This document shows, piece after piece, positions 1 through 8,178 of a stretch of DNA of 64,000 nucleotides. The notes below the pieces were generated by a model, which saw nothing but the letters and a program-made list of their open reading frames with translations, was not told where the DNA came from and made no database searches. Source of the stretch: Candidatus Marinacidobacterium sp. GTDB taxonomy: Bacteria; Acidobacteriota; Vicinamibacteria; Marinacidobacterales; Marinacidobacteraceae. Within the stretch, counting starts at the first letter, position 1; the number at the start of each line of letters is the position of its first letter. The position numbers and the translations under genes were made by a program. The DNA lies in contig OZ244852.1 in assembly GCA_965220965.1 (NCBI GenBank), forward strand, positions 2,820,673 to 2,884,672, read 5' to 3'.

Positions 1-1090
1 GGTCATGCTGGTCCCCGTGAGGCGGCCGGATCACGATGTCGAAGGTCTCTCCCCCGTCGATCGACTTGTAGAACCCGGTGTTCAGCGCGTAGACCGTGTC
101 CTGATCGACCGGATCGGCGTAGACCCGCGAGTAGTAGAAGGCTCGTTGCCGGAGCTTGCGCTCGTTGTTCACCAGCCGCCAGGTGGCGCCCCGGTCCTCG
201 GACCGGAAGACCCCGCCCTCCGGGGCCTCCACGATGGCCCACACCCGGTTCGGGTTCGCCGGCGACACCGTCACGCCGATCTTGCCGATCGGCCCCTCGG
301 GCATCCCGGGGTTTTCGGTGAGCTCCGTCCAGGTCTCGCCGCCGTTGTCCGAGCGGTAGAGCCCGGAGTCCGGTCCGCCGCCCCACATCTTCCAGGCCTT
401 CCGGTAGACCTGCCAGAGCGTGGCGTAGATCACGTCCGGATTCGTGCGGTCGATGATCAGGTCCGCGGCGCCCGCCTTCGGGCTCACGAACAGGATCCGC
501 TCCCAGGTGGCGCCGCCGTCGGTGGAGCGGAAGACGCCCCGCTCCTCGTTGTCCCCGTAGGGGTGGCCGAGGGCGGCCACGTAGACGATGTCGGGGTTCA
601 CCGGGTGGATGCGGATCCGCGCGATGGCCTGAGTGTCGCGGAGCCCCATGTGCCGCCATGTCTGGCCCCCGTCGGTGCTCCGGTAGACCCCGTCGCCCTG
701 GGTGATGCTGCCCCGGAGCTGGGTCTCGCCGCCCCCGATGAACACGATGTCCGGGTTCGTCTCGGCCACTGCGACCGCTCCGATCGAGGAGCTCGAGATC
801 TGCCCGTCGGTCACCGGGAACCACGTCGTCCCGGAGTCGAGCGTCTTCCAGAGTCCACCCCCGGTCGCCCCGAAGTAGTACTCGTGGCGCCGCCCCGGGC
901 TCCCGGAGCAGCTCAGCGACCGGCCGCCCCGCAGCGGACCGATGTTGCGCCACTCCATCGTGCGCAGGTCGTGGGCTTCCGGTCGGAATCCTTGCGCCGC
1001 AGCCGGCGCGGCGACGAGCGGCAGGGCGAGCGCGAACGCGGCCAGCGCGCCGGGCAGGGCGCGCGAGACCGTCAGGGGGCGATGCTGCAT
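1..1090 (-). CDS. Secreted VPS10/sortilin-like BNR-repeat beta-propeller 'glycosyl hydrolase' (5' part; runs off the window)
   Basis: Not in the ORF track because there is no stop in the window. Read manually from ATG 1090 (GAGG RBS upstream): MQHRPLTVSRALPGALAAFALALPLVAAPAAAQ...MEWRNIGPLRGGRS...YYFGATGGGLWKTLDSG, with repeated SxDGGxTW Asp-boxes. Confidence 0.85.
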   Translation of the reverse strand, partial: MQHRPLTVSRALPGALAAFALALPLVAAPAAAQGFRPEAHDLRTMEWRNIGPLRGGRSLSCSGSPGRRHEYYFGATGGGLWKTLDSGTTWFPVTDGQISSSSIGAVAVAETNPDIVFIGGGETQLRGSITQGDGVYRSTDGGQTWRHMGLRDTQAIARIRIHPVNPDIVYVAALGHPYGDNEERGVFRSTDGGATWERILFVSPKAGAADLIIDRTNPDVIYATLWQVYRKAWKMWGGGPDSGLYRSDNGGETWTELTENPGMPEGPIGKIGVTVSPANPNRVWAIVEAPEGGVFRSEDRGATWRLVNNERKLRQRAFYYSRVYADPVDQDTVYALNTGFYKSIDGGETFDIVIRPPHGDQHD

Positions 1091-1196
1091 GGAAGACCTC
1101 CGGGGAGAAGAGCGGCGGGGGCGCCACGGCGCGGCCGGGAAATCCGGCGACGCCGAACCCCGTAGCATACGGGCGGCGAGCGCCGCCCCGGCTGAC

Positions 1197-1314
1197 TCAG
1201 GGCCTGAACGGCGAGGGATCCACGCTCGGCGGGGTCCCGTCGGCGAGTTCCTGGACGTGTAGTCCGGTCCCGAGCGACTGGGTGAAGCCGAGCATGCCGT
1301 GCCCGGCGGCGACG
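1197..1314 (-). repeat. Displaced duplicate of the last ~38 codons of the D-amino-acid dehydrogenase gene (direct repeat of 1630-1747)
   Basis: 1201-1314 matches 1634-1747 (offset 433) with about 5 mismatches in 114 bp. It ends in its own in-frame TGA. Confidence 0.95.
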
Positions 1315-1363
1315 CGTGTGGCAAGCTAGGGAATCGGCGGGCGGCTTTCGCCCGAGCCAGACA

Positions 1364-1633
1364 ATGGAACCGTTGCCCGAAGTAGCCCCGATGACGAGTG
1401 CGGAAAAGGCCCGCCGCGAGGCGGAAGTCGCGGCCTTCTGGGACGCCGTCGCTCGGCGGCTGCGACGCCGACCTCCTCCGGACCCGCTGCTCGAGGGCTT
1501 CCGTTCCGCGTTCGACCTGAGTCCGCGCTGGCGCCGGACGTGGCTCTCGGAAAGCGAGGGAGCCTGGGCGGACTGGGTTGGGCTTGGCTGCGACCTGCGG
1601 CGGGCGATCCGGAAGGCGCCTCCTCGGTCCTAA
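1364..1633 (+). CDS. Small hypothetical protein lying between the two repeat copies
   Basis: ORF MEPLPEVAPMTSAEKARREAEVAAFWDAVARRL...WADWVGLGCDLRRAIRK; convergent with dadA, with overlapping stops. Confidence 0.5.
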   Translation: MEPLPEVAPMTSAEKARREAEVAAFWDAVARRLRRRPPPDPLLEGFRSAFDLSPRWRRTWLSESEGAWADWVGLGCDLRRAIRKAPPRS

Positions 1634-2889
1634 GGCCTGAACGGCGAGGGATCCACGCTCGGCGGGGTCCCGTCGGCGAGTTCCTGGATGACCAGTCCGG
1701 TCCCGAGCGACTGGGTGAAGCCGAGCATGCCGTGTCCGGCGGCGACGAGCAGCCCCTGCCGCCCCCGGGGGCGTCCGATCCTCGGAAGGCTGTCGGGCGT
1801 CAGCGGCCGGAAGCCGGCCCACGGCTCTTCCTCGTCCAGCGGGATGTCGGCGTTCAGGACCTGGCGCGCTCCCTCGATCACCGCGCGGTAGCGCACCGGG
1901 TTGAGCGCCGGATCGAACCCGGCGAGCTCGAGCGTCCCGGCGAACCGCACCCGGTCCAGGAACGGCGTGATGATGACCTTCTTCTCGGCGACCGTCGCCG
2001 GGACGGCGGGGCTGCCGGGAAAGGCGCGCACCGTGGCGCTGTAGCCCTTGGCGGGCTGGATCGGTAGCCGCACGCCGGCGGTCCGGGCGATGGCCGGCGA
2101 GTGCGCGCCGAGCGCGAGCACGGTCTCGTCGGCGGTTCGCTCGCTCGAGGCGCTGCTCTCATCCTCGACCGCGGCCCCGAGCACCCGGTCGCCGTCCCGG
2201 AGCAGCCGGGTCACGTTGAGTCCGGTCTCGATCCGGACCCCGTTGCGCTTCAGGGCCGCGGCGAGCGACTCCGCGAACCCGAGGCTGTAGCCGTGGGCGT
2301 CGGAGCCCAGGAAGAGCGCCCCGCGCACCGCGCCCGAGAACACGGGTTCGCGCTCCCGGACTTCGTCCCCGGTAAGCGTCTCGATGGGGAAGCCCCGCCG
2401 CTCCAGCCACGCCGCCTGTTCTCCCGCTCCGGCGAAGCCGGCGTCGGTGACGAAGACCCACCAGCCGCCCTGGCGCTCGAAAACGAACTCGAGATCGCCC
2501 TCGTCGAGCAGCTCTCCGAAGAGGCGCAGGCTCAGGTGGGAGAGCGCGGCGATGGCCTCGAATCCGGCCTCGGACCGCGCCCGGGTCGCGGCCCGCGCGA
2601 AACCGAGGAGCCATGCGGCGAGCGCGGGGTCGGCCCGCCAGCGGATATGGAACGGGCTGTCCTCGCGGAGCATCCAGCGGAGCGCCTTCCAGACGACGCC
2701 GGGGGCGGGCAGCGGGTGCGAATGCGCCGGACAGAGGAGCCCCGCCGTTCCCCGGGTCGCGCCGTGTCCGGGAAGTCCGCGGTCGATGACGCGGACGTCC
2801 CAGCCCGCCCTGCGCAGGAACCAGGCGCAGGAGAGCCCGATCGCCCCCGCCCCCAGGACGAGGGCGGTGCGCTTAGGGCGCGTTTTCGT
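1630..2889 (-). CDS. dadA: FAD-dependent D-amino-acid dehydrogenase/oxidase (DAO family)
   Basis: The frame extends upstream of the track's ATG (2673) to include the Rossmann motif ALVLGAGAIGLSCA. C-terminal WAGFRPLTPDSLPRIG...GHGMLGFT. There is no in-frame ATG/GTG/TTG before the motif; the start is placed tentatively at ACG 2889. Confidence 0.8.
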   Translation of the reverse strand, partial: TKTRPKRTALVLGAGAIGLSCAWFLRRAGWDVRVIDRGLPGHGATRGTAGLLCPAHSHPLPAPGVVWKALRWMLREDSPFHIRWRADPALAAWLLGFARAATRARSEAGFEAIAALSHLSLRLFGELLDEGDLEFVFERQGGWWVFVTDAGFAGAGEQAAWLERRGFPIETLTGDEVREREPVFSGAVRGALFLGSDAHGYSLGFAESLAAALKRNGVRIETGLNVTRLLRDGDRVLGAAVEDESSASSERTADETVLALGAHSPAIARTAGVRLPIQPAKGYSATVRAFPGSPAVPATVAEKKVIITPFLDRVRFAGTLELAGFDPALNPVRYRAVIEGARQVLNADIPLDEEEPWAGFRPLTPDSLPRIGRPRGRQGLLVAAGHGMLGFTQSLGTGLVIQELADGTPPSVDPSPFRP

Positions 2890-3373
2890 CGGCCGAGGGC
2901 CCGTAGGCGCCCGGCACCGGGATGCCGAGGAGCCGGTAGGAGACGCTGAGCTGTCCCCGGTGGTGGATGATGTGGCTCACGATGAACCGCCGGAGCGCGA
3001 GGTCGCGGGGATGCTGCTCGAGCACCTTCCCCGACAGGAGCATGCGCCAGGTCTTGCGCATGTGCTCGTCGGTCTTGCCGTCGAGGCTCCGAAGAAACCG
3101 CGCGGTGTTCGCATCGTGCGCCTCGATCAGTTCGGCGCGGGTCCGCCAGTCGGGGAGCTTGTAGTCCGACGTGGCGAAGTCGAAGTCATCGGCGTCCAGA
3201 AGCGTCGTCGCCCAGTTGGGCATGTCCACCACGTGGGTGGCGAGCTTGGCGAGGGTCATCGACTTCTCGTGCGGCTTCCAGTCGGCATGGGCGTCATCGA
3301 AACGCTCGAGGAACCTCCGGGTGCAGGTGGCCTCAAGAATGAACTCGGCGATGAAACTCTCGGCGATCGTCAC
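2873..3373 (-). CDS. DinB/YfiT family protein
   Basis: WKPHEKSMTLAKLATHV and SHIIHHRGQLSVSYRLLGIPVPGAYGPSADE motifs. Confidence 0.9.
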   Translation of the reverse strand: MTIAESFIAEFILEATCTRRFLERFDDAHADWKPHEKSMTLAKLATHVVDMPNWATTLLDADDFDFATSDYKLPDWRTRAELIEAHDANTARFLRSLDGKTDEHMRKTWRMLLSGKVLEQHPRDLALRRFIVSHIIHHRGQLSVSYRLLGIPVPGAYGPSADENAP

Positions 3374-3497
3374 GGCGGCGGCCTCCTTGCGGGCTCACGG
3401 AGAGCGAGTCTAGATCAGCCATGGCGCCGGCGGAGGCGGCTTCCTCGCCTTGTTCCTATACTGCGTCCGGACTCGCCGTCGCGCGTCCATCCGCCCC

Positions 3498-4385
3498 ATG
3501 ACTCATCCCGAAAAAAGCGATCCCACGCCCGTTGACGCGCCTTCTTCCGGCGCCAACCCCGGCCCCACCGAGGCGACCGATTCCGCGTACGCGATGGGCT
3601 ACACCGAGGAGTTCCTCGGCATGCTGACGCGACGCAACGCGCCCCGGGTCGCCGGCCACCTCCTGCCCCGCCTGAAGCCGGGCATGAGAGTCCTCGACAT
3701 CGGCTGCGGGCCGGGCACGATCTCGGTGGGGTTGGCGGACGCCGTCGCTCCTGGCGGCGAGCTGCACGGCGTCGATATCGAGGATGGCCAGATCGGAATC
3801 GCCACCGCCGCAGCCCGCGCCGGAGGTCACCACAACGCGCACTTCCGCGTCGCGAGCGCGACCGACCTTCCCTTTGATGCCGGTACGTTCGACGCGGCGC
3901 ACGGCCACGCCGTGCTCATGCATGTCCCGGAACTCGGGAAGGCGCTGTCGGAGGTCCGCCGGGTCCTGAAGCCGGGGGGGATCCTCGCGTCCCGCGAGCT
4001 GATCGCATCCAGCAACTGGTTCGACCCGGATCCCGGGGGGAACCTGGACCAGGCCACGAAGCTCTTCGCCGATCTGCTCGCGGCCAATGGAGGAAGCCCC
4101 GACCTTGGGAAGCAGCTCAAGCGGCATCTTCGTGAGGCGGGATTTGTGGATCCTGTGGCGACTGCAAGCTTCGAGGTCTTCGCCGACGAGAGTGATCGCA
4201 CGTTCTTCGAGGGCTTCGTGCGAGGCTGGTTCCTCTCGCCGGGGATGAAAGGGCCGGCGATCAGGCTGGGGCTGGCCACGGAGGCCGACTTCGAGGCCTG
4301 GGAGGGGGCGCTCGGCGAGTGGCGCAGTCACCCGGGGGGCGCTGCGGCCTTCGCCTGGGGAGAGTGCGTCGCGTTGAGTCCCTGA
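3498..4385 (+). CDS. Class I SAM-dependent methyltransferase (UbiE-like)
   Basis: RVLDIGCGPGTI motif I; LPFDAGTFD; RRVLKPGG. Start approximate. Confidence 0.9.
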   Translation: MTHPEKSDPTPVDAPSSGANPGPTEATDSAYAMGYTEEFLGMLTRRNAPRVAGHLLPRLKPGMRVLDIGCGPGTISVGLADAVAPGGELHGVDIEDGQIGIATAAARAGGHHNAHFRVASATDLPFDAGTFDAAHGHAVLMHVPELGKALSEVRRVLKPGGILASRELIASSNWFDPDPGGNLDQATKLFADLLAANGGSPDLGKQLKRHLREAGFVDPVATASFEVFADESDRTFFEGFVRGWFLSPGMKGPAIRLGLATEADFEAWEGALGEWRSHPGGAAAFAWGECVALSP

Positions 4386-4451
4386 GTCGGAGTCCAAGGG
4401 AAGTCGAGGCCGCGGGGCGCGCCGGAATTGGCGGGGTAGCATCCGCCCCCC

Positions 4452-5243
4452 ATGCGCTCCGTTTCGTCCGTCCTGCTTCCCGGTCTGCTGACCGCTTCGC
4501 TCGCGACCGCAGCCGACGGAGAGTTCCTCGCGCGGACCTCTTCCGTCAGAGGACAGGAGTACCGGTGGCAGGTGTTCGCCCCCGCCGCCGTGCTCTCCGG
4601 TGAAGACCCGAATCCGCCGGTCATCCTCTTCCTTCACGGCGCGGGCGAACGCGGGTCCGACGGCGAGCGTCAGCTCGAGATCGGGCTTCCCGCCGTGCTT
4701 CGCGAGCGGCCCGATTTTCCGGCGCTGGTGGTGATGCCGCAGGCGCCGCAGAGCGCCTGGTGGGGCACCCCCGGGATCGAGGAGATGGCGCTCGGCGCGC
4801 TGGATGCGGCGATGGCCGAGTTCGGCGGCGATCCGGACCGCGTCTACCTCACCGGGCTCTCGCTCGGGGGCTACGGGACCTGGGCGTTCGCCTACCGGGA
4901 CCCGGAGCGGTTCGCGGCGCTCATCCCGGTCTGCGGCGGGGTCGCCGCCGCCCGCTCCCGGCTGCCGACGCCCGACTGGCACCCGTCCGCGGTCCGCCCG
5001 GACGATCCGTGGGCCGAGACCGCCGCCGCCATCGCCGACATCCCGATCTGGATCTTCCACGGCGCGCTCGACCGCCGGGTTCCGGTGGACGAGTCCCGCC
5101 GGATGGTGGCCGCGCTCGAAGCGGCCGGCGGCGCTCCCCGCTACACCGAATACCCCGACGTGGCGCACCGCGCCTGGACGCCGGCGTACCGCGAGGAGGG
5201 CCTCTACGAGTGGCTCTTCGCGCAGCGCCGGACCGACCGCTGA
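4452..5243 (+). CDS. Secreted alpha/beta hydrolase (predicted peptidase/phospholipase-esterase)
   Basis: Signal peptide; ILFLHGAGERG; GLSLGG nucleophile elbow; IWIFHGALD; YTEYPDVAH. Confidence 0.85.
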   Translation: MRSVSSVLLPGLLTASLATAADGEFLARTSSVRGQEYRWQVFAPAAVLSGEDPNPPVILFLHGAGERGSDGERQLEIGLPAVLRERPDFPALVVMPQAPQSAWWGTPGIEEMALGALDAAMAEFGGDPDRVYLTGLSLGGYGTWAFAYRDPERFAALIPVCGGVAAARSRLPTPDWHPSAVRPDDPWAETAAAIADIPIWIFHGALDRRVPVDESRRMVAALEAAGGAPRYTEYPDVAHRAWTPAYREEGLYEWLFAQRRTDR

Positions 5244-5262
5244 GACGGTCGCGGCGAAAGCC

Positions 5263-5952
5263 ATGGGGCGCAGCCACATCCGGAGCCGGAGGAACGCCGA
5301 TCCCTCGGGCTACGGCTTCGCTCCCGCGGAGGTCCCGAATCCGCTGGACCCGACTCACCTCTTCGGGGATCCGGCGAAGACGGCGCCGCTCGAGATTGAG
5401 GTGGGTTCCGGCAAGGGGACGTTCCTCGTCGCCGAGGGCGAGGCCCGCCCCGAGACGCTCTTCCTCGGCATCGAGCGGGCGCGCCGCTACTGGCTCTTCG
5501 CCGCCGACCGGCTCCGCCGCCGCGAGCGGGACAACGCCCGCATCCTCCGCGCCGACGCAAACGAGGCGCTGGCCGCCCTCCCTCCGGCCTCGGCCGCCGG
5601 CGTCCACGTCTACTTCCCCGACCCCTGGCCCAAGCGGCGCCATGCGCACCGCCGCCTCCTGGTGAACGCCGACTTCCTGGCGGCCGTCGAACGGGTGCTG
5701 CGCCCGGGCGGGCTCCTCCGGGTGGTCTCGGACGCCCCCGACTACTTCGCGGCCATCCGGGAGACGCTCGCGACCCGTCGCAACCTGGTCCCCTGTCCCT
5801 ACGAGCCGCCGGCGTCCGCCGGCGACGGAGAGCTGGCGGGCTCGAACTTCGAGCGGAAGTACCTCGTCGAGGGCCGCCCCATCCAGGCGCTCGCCGCGCG
5901 GCGCGTGGAGTCGCCGCCGGAGGCGCTGGGGGATACGCCGGAGCGCGACTGA
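5263..5952 (+). CDS. trmB: tRNA (guanine-N7)-methyltransferase
   Basis: LEIEVGSGKGTF, FLGIE and YFPDPWPKRRHAHRRL motifs; SNFERKY. Confidence 0.9.
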   Translation: MGRSHIRSRRNADPSGYGFAPAEVPNPLDPTHLFGDPAKTAPLEIEVGSGKGTFLVAEGEARPETLFLGIERARRYWLFAADRLRRRERDNARILRADANEALAALPPASAAGVHVYFPDPWPKRRHAHRRLLVNADFLAAVERVLRPGGLLRVVSDAPDYFAAIRETLATRRNLVPCPYEPPASAGDGELAGSNFERKYLVEGRPIQALAARRVESPPEALGDTPERD

Positions 5953-5976
5953 CGCGGCGGGAAGGGACAGCGAGGG

Positions 5977-7407
5977 ATGTCCGGTACCGTTAGGGCTCCG
6001 ATGACGCGCGGACAGATCGCCGAATGGGTGGCCGCAGGAGAGTCAGAGACCCAGGAGTTCAAGCGCACAACCGGCCAGCGGCGAGCGGCGGCCAAGGCTG
6101 TCTGCGGGATGCTGAACCATCGCGGCGGGCGGGTTCTGTTCGGCGTGACTCCTGCGGGCGAAGTCGCCGGGCAGCGAACTGGAAGGGACACGCAGGAGGA
6201 CATTTCCCAGGAGCTGCAGCAGATCGACCCGCCGGTCTTCCCCGACATCGACCAGGTCGACGTCGGGGACTCGCTGGTCGTGATCGTCGTGACCGTTCCC
6301 ACCGGGACGAATCGTCCGTACAGCTATCGGGGCCAGGCGTACCGGCGCGTGGGCAGGACGACGCTGTCCCTCTCCGGGGACGAGTACAACCGGATGTTGC
6401 TGGAGCGGCTCCACGGTGACTCGCGCTGGGAGACCGAGGAGGCCGCCGGGTGGGACATCGCCGATCTCGATCACGATCAGATCGCCGCAACGGCCGAAGA
6501 GGCGGTGCGGCGCGGGCGCTTGGAAGAACCCGGTACGCGGGCGGCGGAGCCGCTGCTGCGCGGCCTCGGCCTGCTGCGTGGGCGAACGGTTCTGCGGGCG
6601 GCGGTCGCGCTCTTCGGCCGCCGACAACGGCTCGCCACGGAGTACCCGCAGTGTCTCCTGAGGGTCGCCAGGTTTCGGGGGACGACTCGGACGGCGTTCC
6701 TCGACAACCGACAGGTCCACGGCAACGCCTTCGATCTGCTCCACGCCGCGCAGCGCTTCCTGGTGGAGAGCTTGCCGATCGCTGGCCGTGTTGTCCCGCA
6801 CCTCTTCGAGCGGGTCGATGATCCGCTGTATCCGCCGGAGGCCCTGCGGGAGGCCGTGGCGAATGCGATCTGTCATCGCGACTATGCGGCGGGAGGCGGA
6901 TCGATCGGGATCGGCATCTACGACGACCGCCTCGAAGTTACGTCAACCGGCGGACTTCCCTTCGGACTGACGCCGGAGATGCTGTTCGAGCCGCACGAGT
7001 CCCGGCCCTGGAATCCCCTGATCGCCGGCGTCTTCTTCCGTCGGGGGATCATCGAAAACTGGGGTCGCGGAACGCTCCGGATGGCGGAGCTCACCGAGAG
7101 CGCCGGACTTCCTCGCCCGGAGATCGAGGACCAGGCGGGCGCCGTTACGGTGCGCTTCCGACCAGGCCGCTACATCGCCCCCCAGCGGATCGGACGCGAT
7201 CTGACCGAACGACAACGGGCGATCCTGACGATCCTCGGCGAGGCGCCGGAGGGGGTCGCCGTGCGGGACCTCCGGGCTCGTCTGGTGAATGGCTCCACGG
7301 CGCGGCAGGTCGGCAAGGACCTCCAGACACTCCGGGCCCTCGGACTGGCTCTCCCCGCCGGACGGGGACGGGGCGCGCGCTGGCGCCGAGCTCAAGCAGC
7401 CCGTTGA
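5977..7407 (+). CDS. AlbA_2 (Schlafen-like) + HATPase_c_4 + C-terminal wHTH protein ('RecG-like' ATP-binding regulator)
   Basis: GESETQEFK, CGMLNHRGGRVLFGV, EALREAVANAICHRDY, PWNPLIA..F...IIENWGRG, C-terminal HTH ending GRGRGARW. Confidence 0.9.
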   Translation: MSGTVRAPMTRGQIAEWVAAGESETQEFKRTTGQRRAAAKAVCGMLNHRGGRVLFGVTPAGEVAGQRTGRDTQEDISQELQQIDPPVFPDIDQVDVGDSLVVIVVTVPTGTNRPYSYRGQAYRRVGRTTLSLSGDEYNRMLLERLHGDSRWETEEAAGWDIADLDHDQIAATAEEAVRRGRLEEPGTRAAEPLLRGLGLLRGRTVLRAAVALFGRRQRLATEYPQCLLRVARFRGTTRTAFLDNRQVHGNAFDLLHAAQRFLVESLPIAGRVVPHLFERVDDPLYPPEALREAVANAICHRDYAAGGGSIGIGIYDDRLEVTSTGGLPFGLTPEMLFEPHESRPWNPLIAGVFFRRGIIENWGRGTLRMAELTESAGLPRPEIEDQAGAVTVRFRPGRYIAPQRIGRDLTERQRAILTILGEAPEGVAVRDLRARLVNGSTARQVGKDLQTLRALGLALPAGRGRGARWRRAQAAR

Positions 7408-7579
7408 CAAAGTCCCGCGGCGTTCGAGCGGCGATGCATCCCGCCCGAACCACGCCCCTTCGGGGCGCTCATCGTTGCGTTTCGCTCGGAATATTCCCGA
7501 TATTCCTCGCTCACGCGCCTTGTCGGCCGGGCGCCTCACCGCTCTCGGCGCTGCACGCGACCTTATCAACGGACTGCTA
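7395..7579. mobile_element. MITE-like element (~185 bp), copy 1
   Basis: Imperfect TIRs AGCAGCCCGTTGACAAAGTC / GACCTTATCAACGGACTGCT; internal hairpins; near-identical inverted copy at 27002-27187. Confidence 0.8.
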
Positions 7580-7621
7580 GGCGGCGCTGGGTGTGGGACG
7601 ACGCCACGGAGGTTGGTGAGG

Positions 7622-7734
7622 CCATTGGGAAACCATTCGGGCCAATTCCGGAACAATTCGGAACAATTCGGGGCCAATTCGGAACCATTCGCGGAACCAT
7701 TCGGAACAATTCCGGGACAATTCGGAACCATTCG
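7622..7734. repeat. Tandem array of 11 degenerate 10-12-bp units (GGAACMATTC-like)
   Basis: ATT cores at 7624, 7635, 7645, 7656, 7666, 7677, 7687, 7699, 7709, 7720 and 7730. Confidence 0.9.
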
Positions 7735-7742
7735 AGGCGATC

Positions 7743-8012
7743 ATGCCCATCACGCCCGGTTCGACCGCCAAGCGAAAGATCAGGCTGCGCCAGGAGGCGC
7801 GGCGGACGCCGGTAGCCCCGCCTGACGACACGGTGGATCAGGAACTCCAGCGTGACGGCGAGGACCACGTCGAGGCCGGACCGGCCACGGCGGTGTCCGC
7901 GGCCTTCGGGCTGCTCGCTCGGCCGGGCGCGGCGCCACAGTCCATCGAGGCGCTGAACGAAGCGATCAGCGCCGGATGGGCCGGTGAGACGCCTCCATCA
8001 GGAAAGCGCTGA
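7743..8012 (+). CDS. Degenerate or orphan AbrB/MazE/SpoVT-type antitoxin-like protein
   Basis: C-terminal FGLLARPGAAPQSIEALNEAISAGWAG resembles the tail of AbrB-type VapB antitoxins. The N-terminus is divergent and no PIN toxin follows. Confidence 0.5.
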   Translation: MPITPGSTAKRKIRLRQEARRTPVAPPDDTVDQELQRDGEDHVEAGPATAVSAAFGLLARPGAAPQSIEALNEAISAGWAGETPPSGKR

Positions 8013-8135
8013 ACGCGATCTGGCGCGTCAATCAGGGTCAGACGCGCGCGGCAATCAGGATGAGACGCTGAACGCCGGTCGCGAGGGCGGGTGGGCGAGC
8101 CTTCACTGGGGCGCGGTGTGATGTCTCGCTCAAGT

Positions 8136-8178
8136 CATTGGTGCACATCACACGTGACATGGGCAATATGCACCAATG
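8136..8178. promoter_or_regulatory. 13-bp inverted repeat overlapping the start of the AAA_14 gene (putative operator)
   Basis: CATTGGTGCACAT ... ATATGCACCAATG (1 mismatch), AT-rich against the background. Confidence 0.55.

Noticed and set aside
3-1165. Track ORFs 3-1127(-) and 5-1165(+)
   Set aside because: Wrong frames. The real gene is in another minus-strand frame from ATG 1090 with no stop inside the window.
1197-1747. DGR template/variable repeat pair
   Set aside because: There are few mismatches, they are not confined to adenines, no reverse transcriptase is in the window, and the target is an ordinary enzyme.
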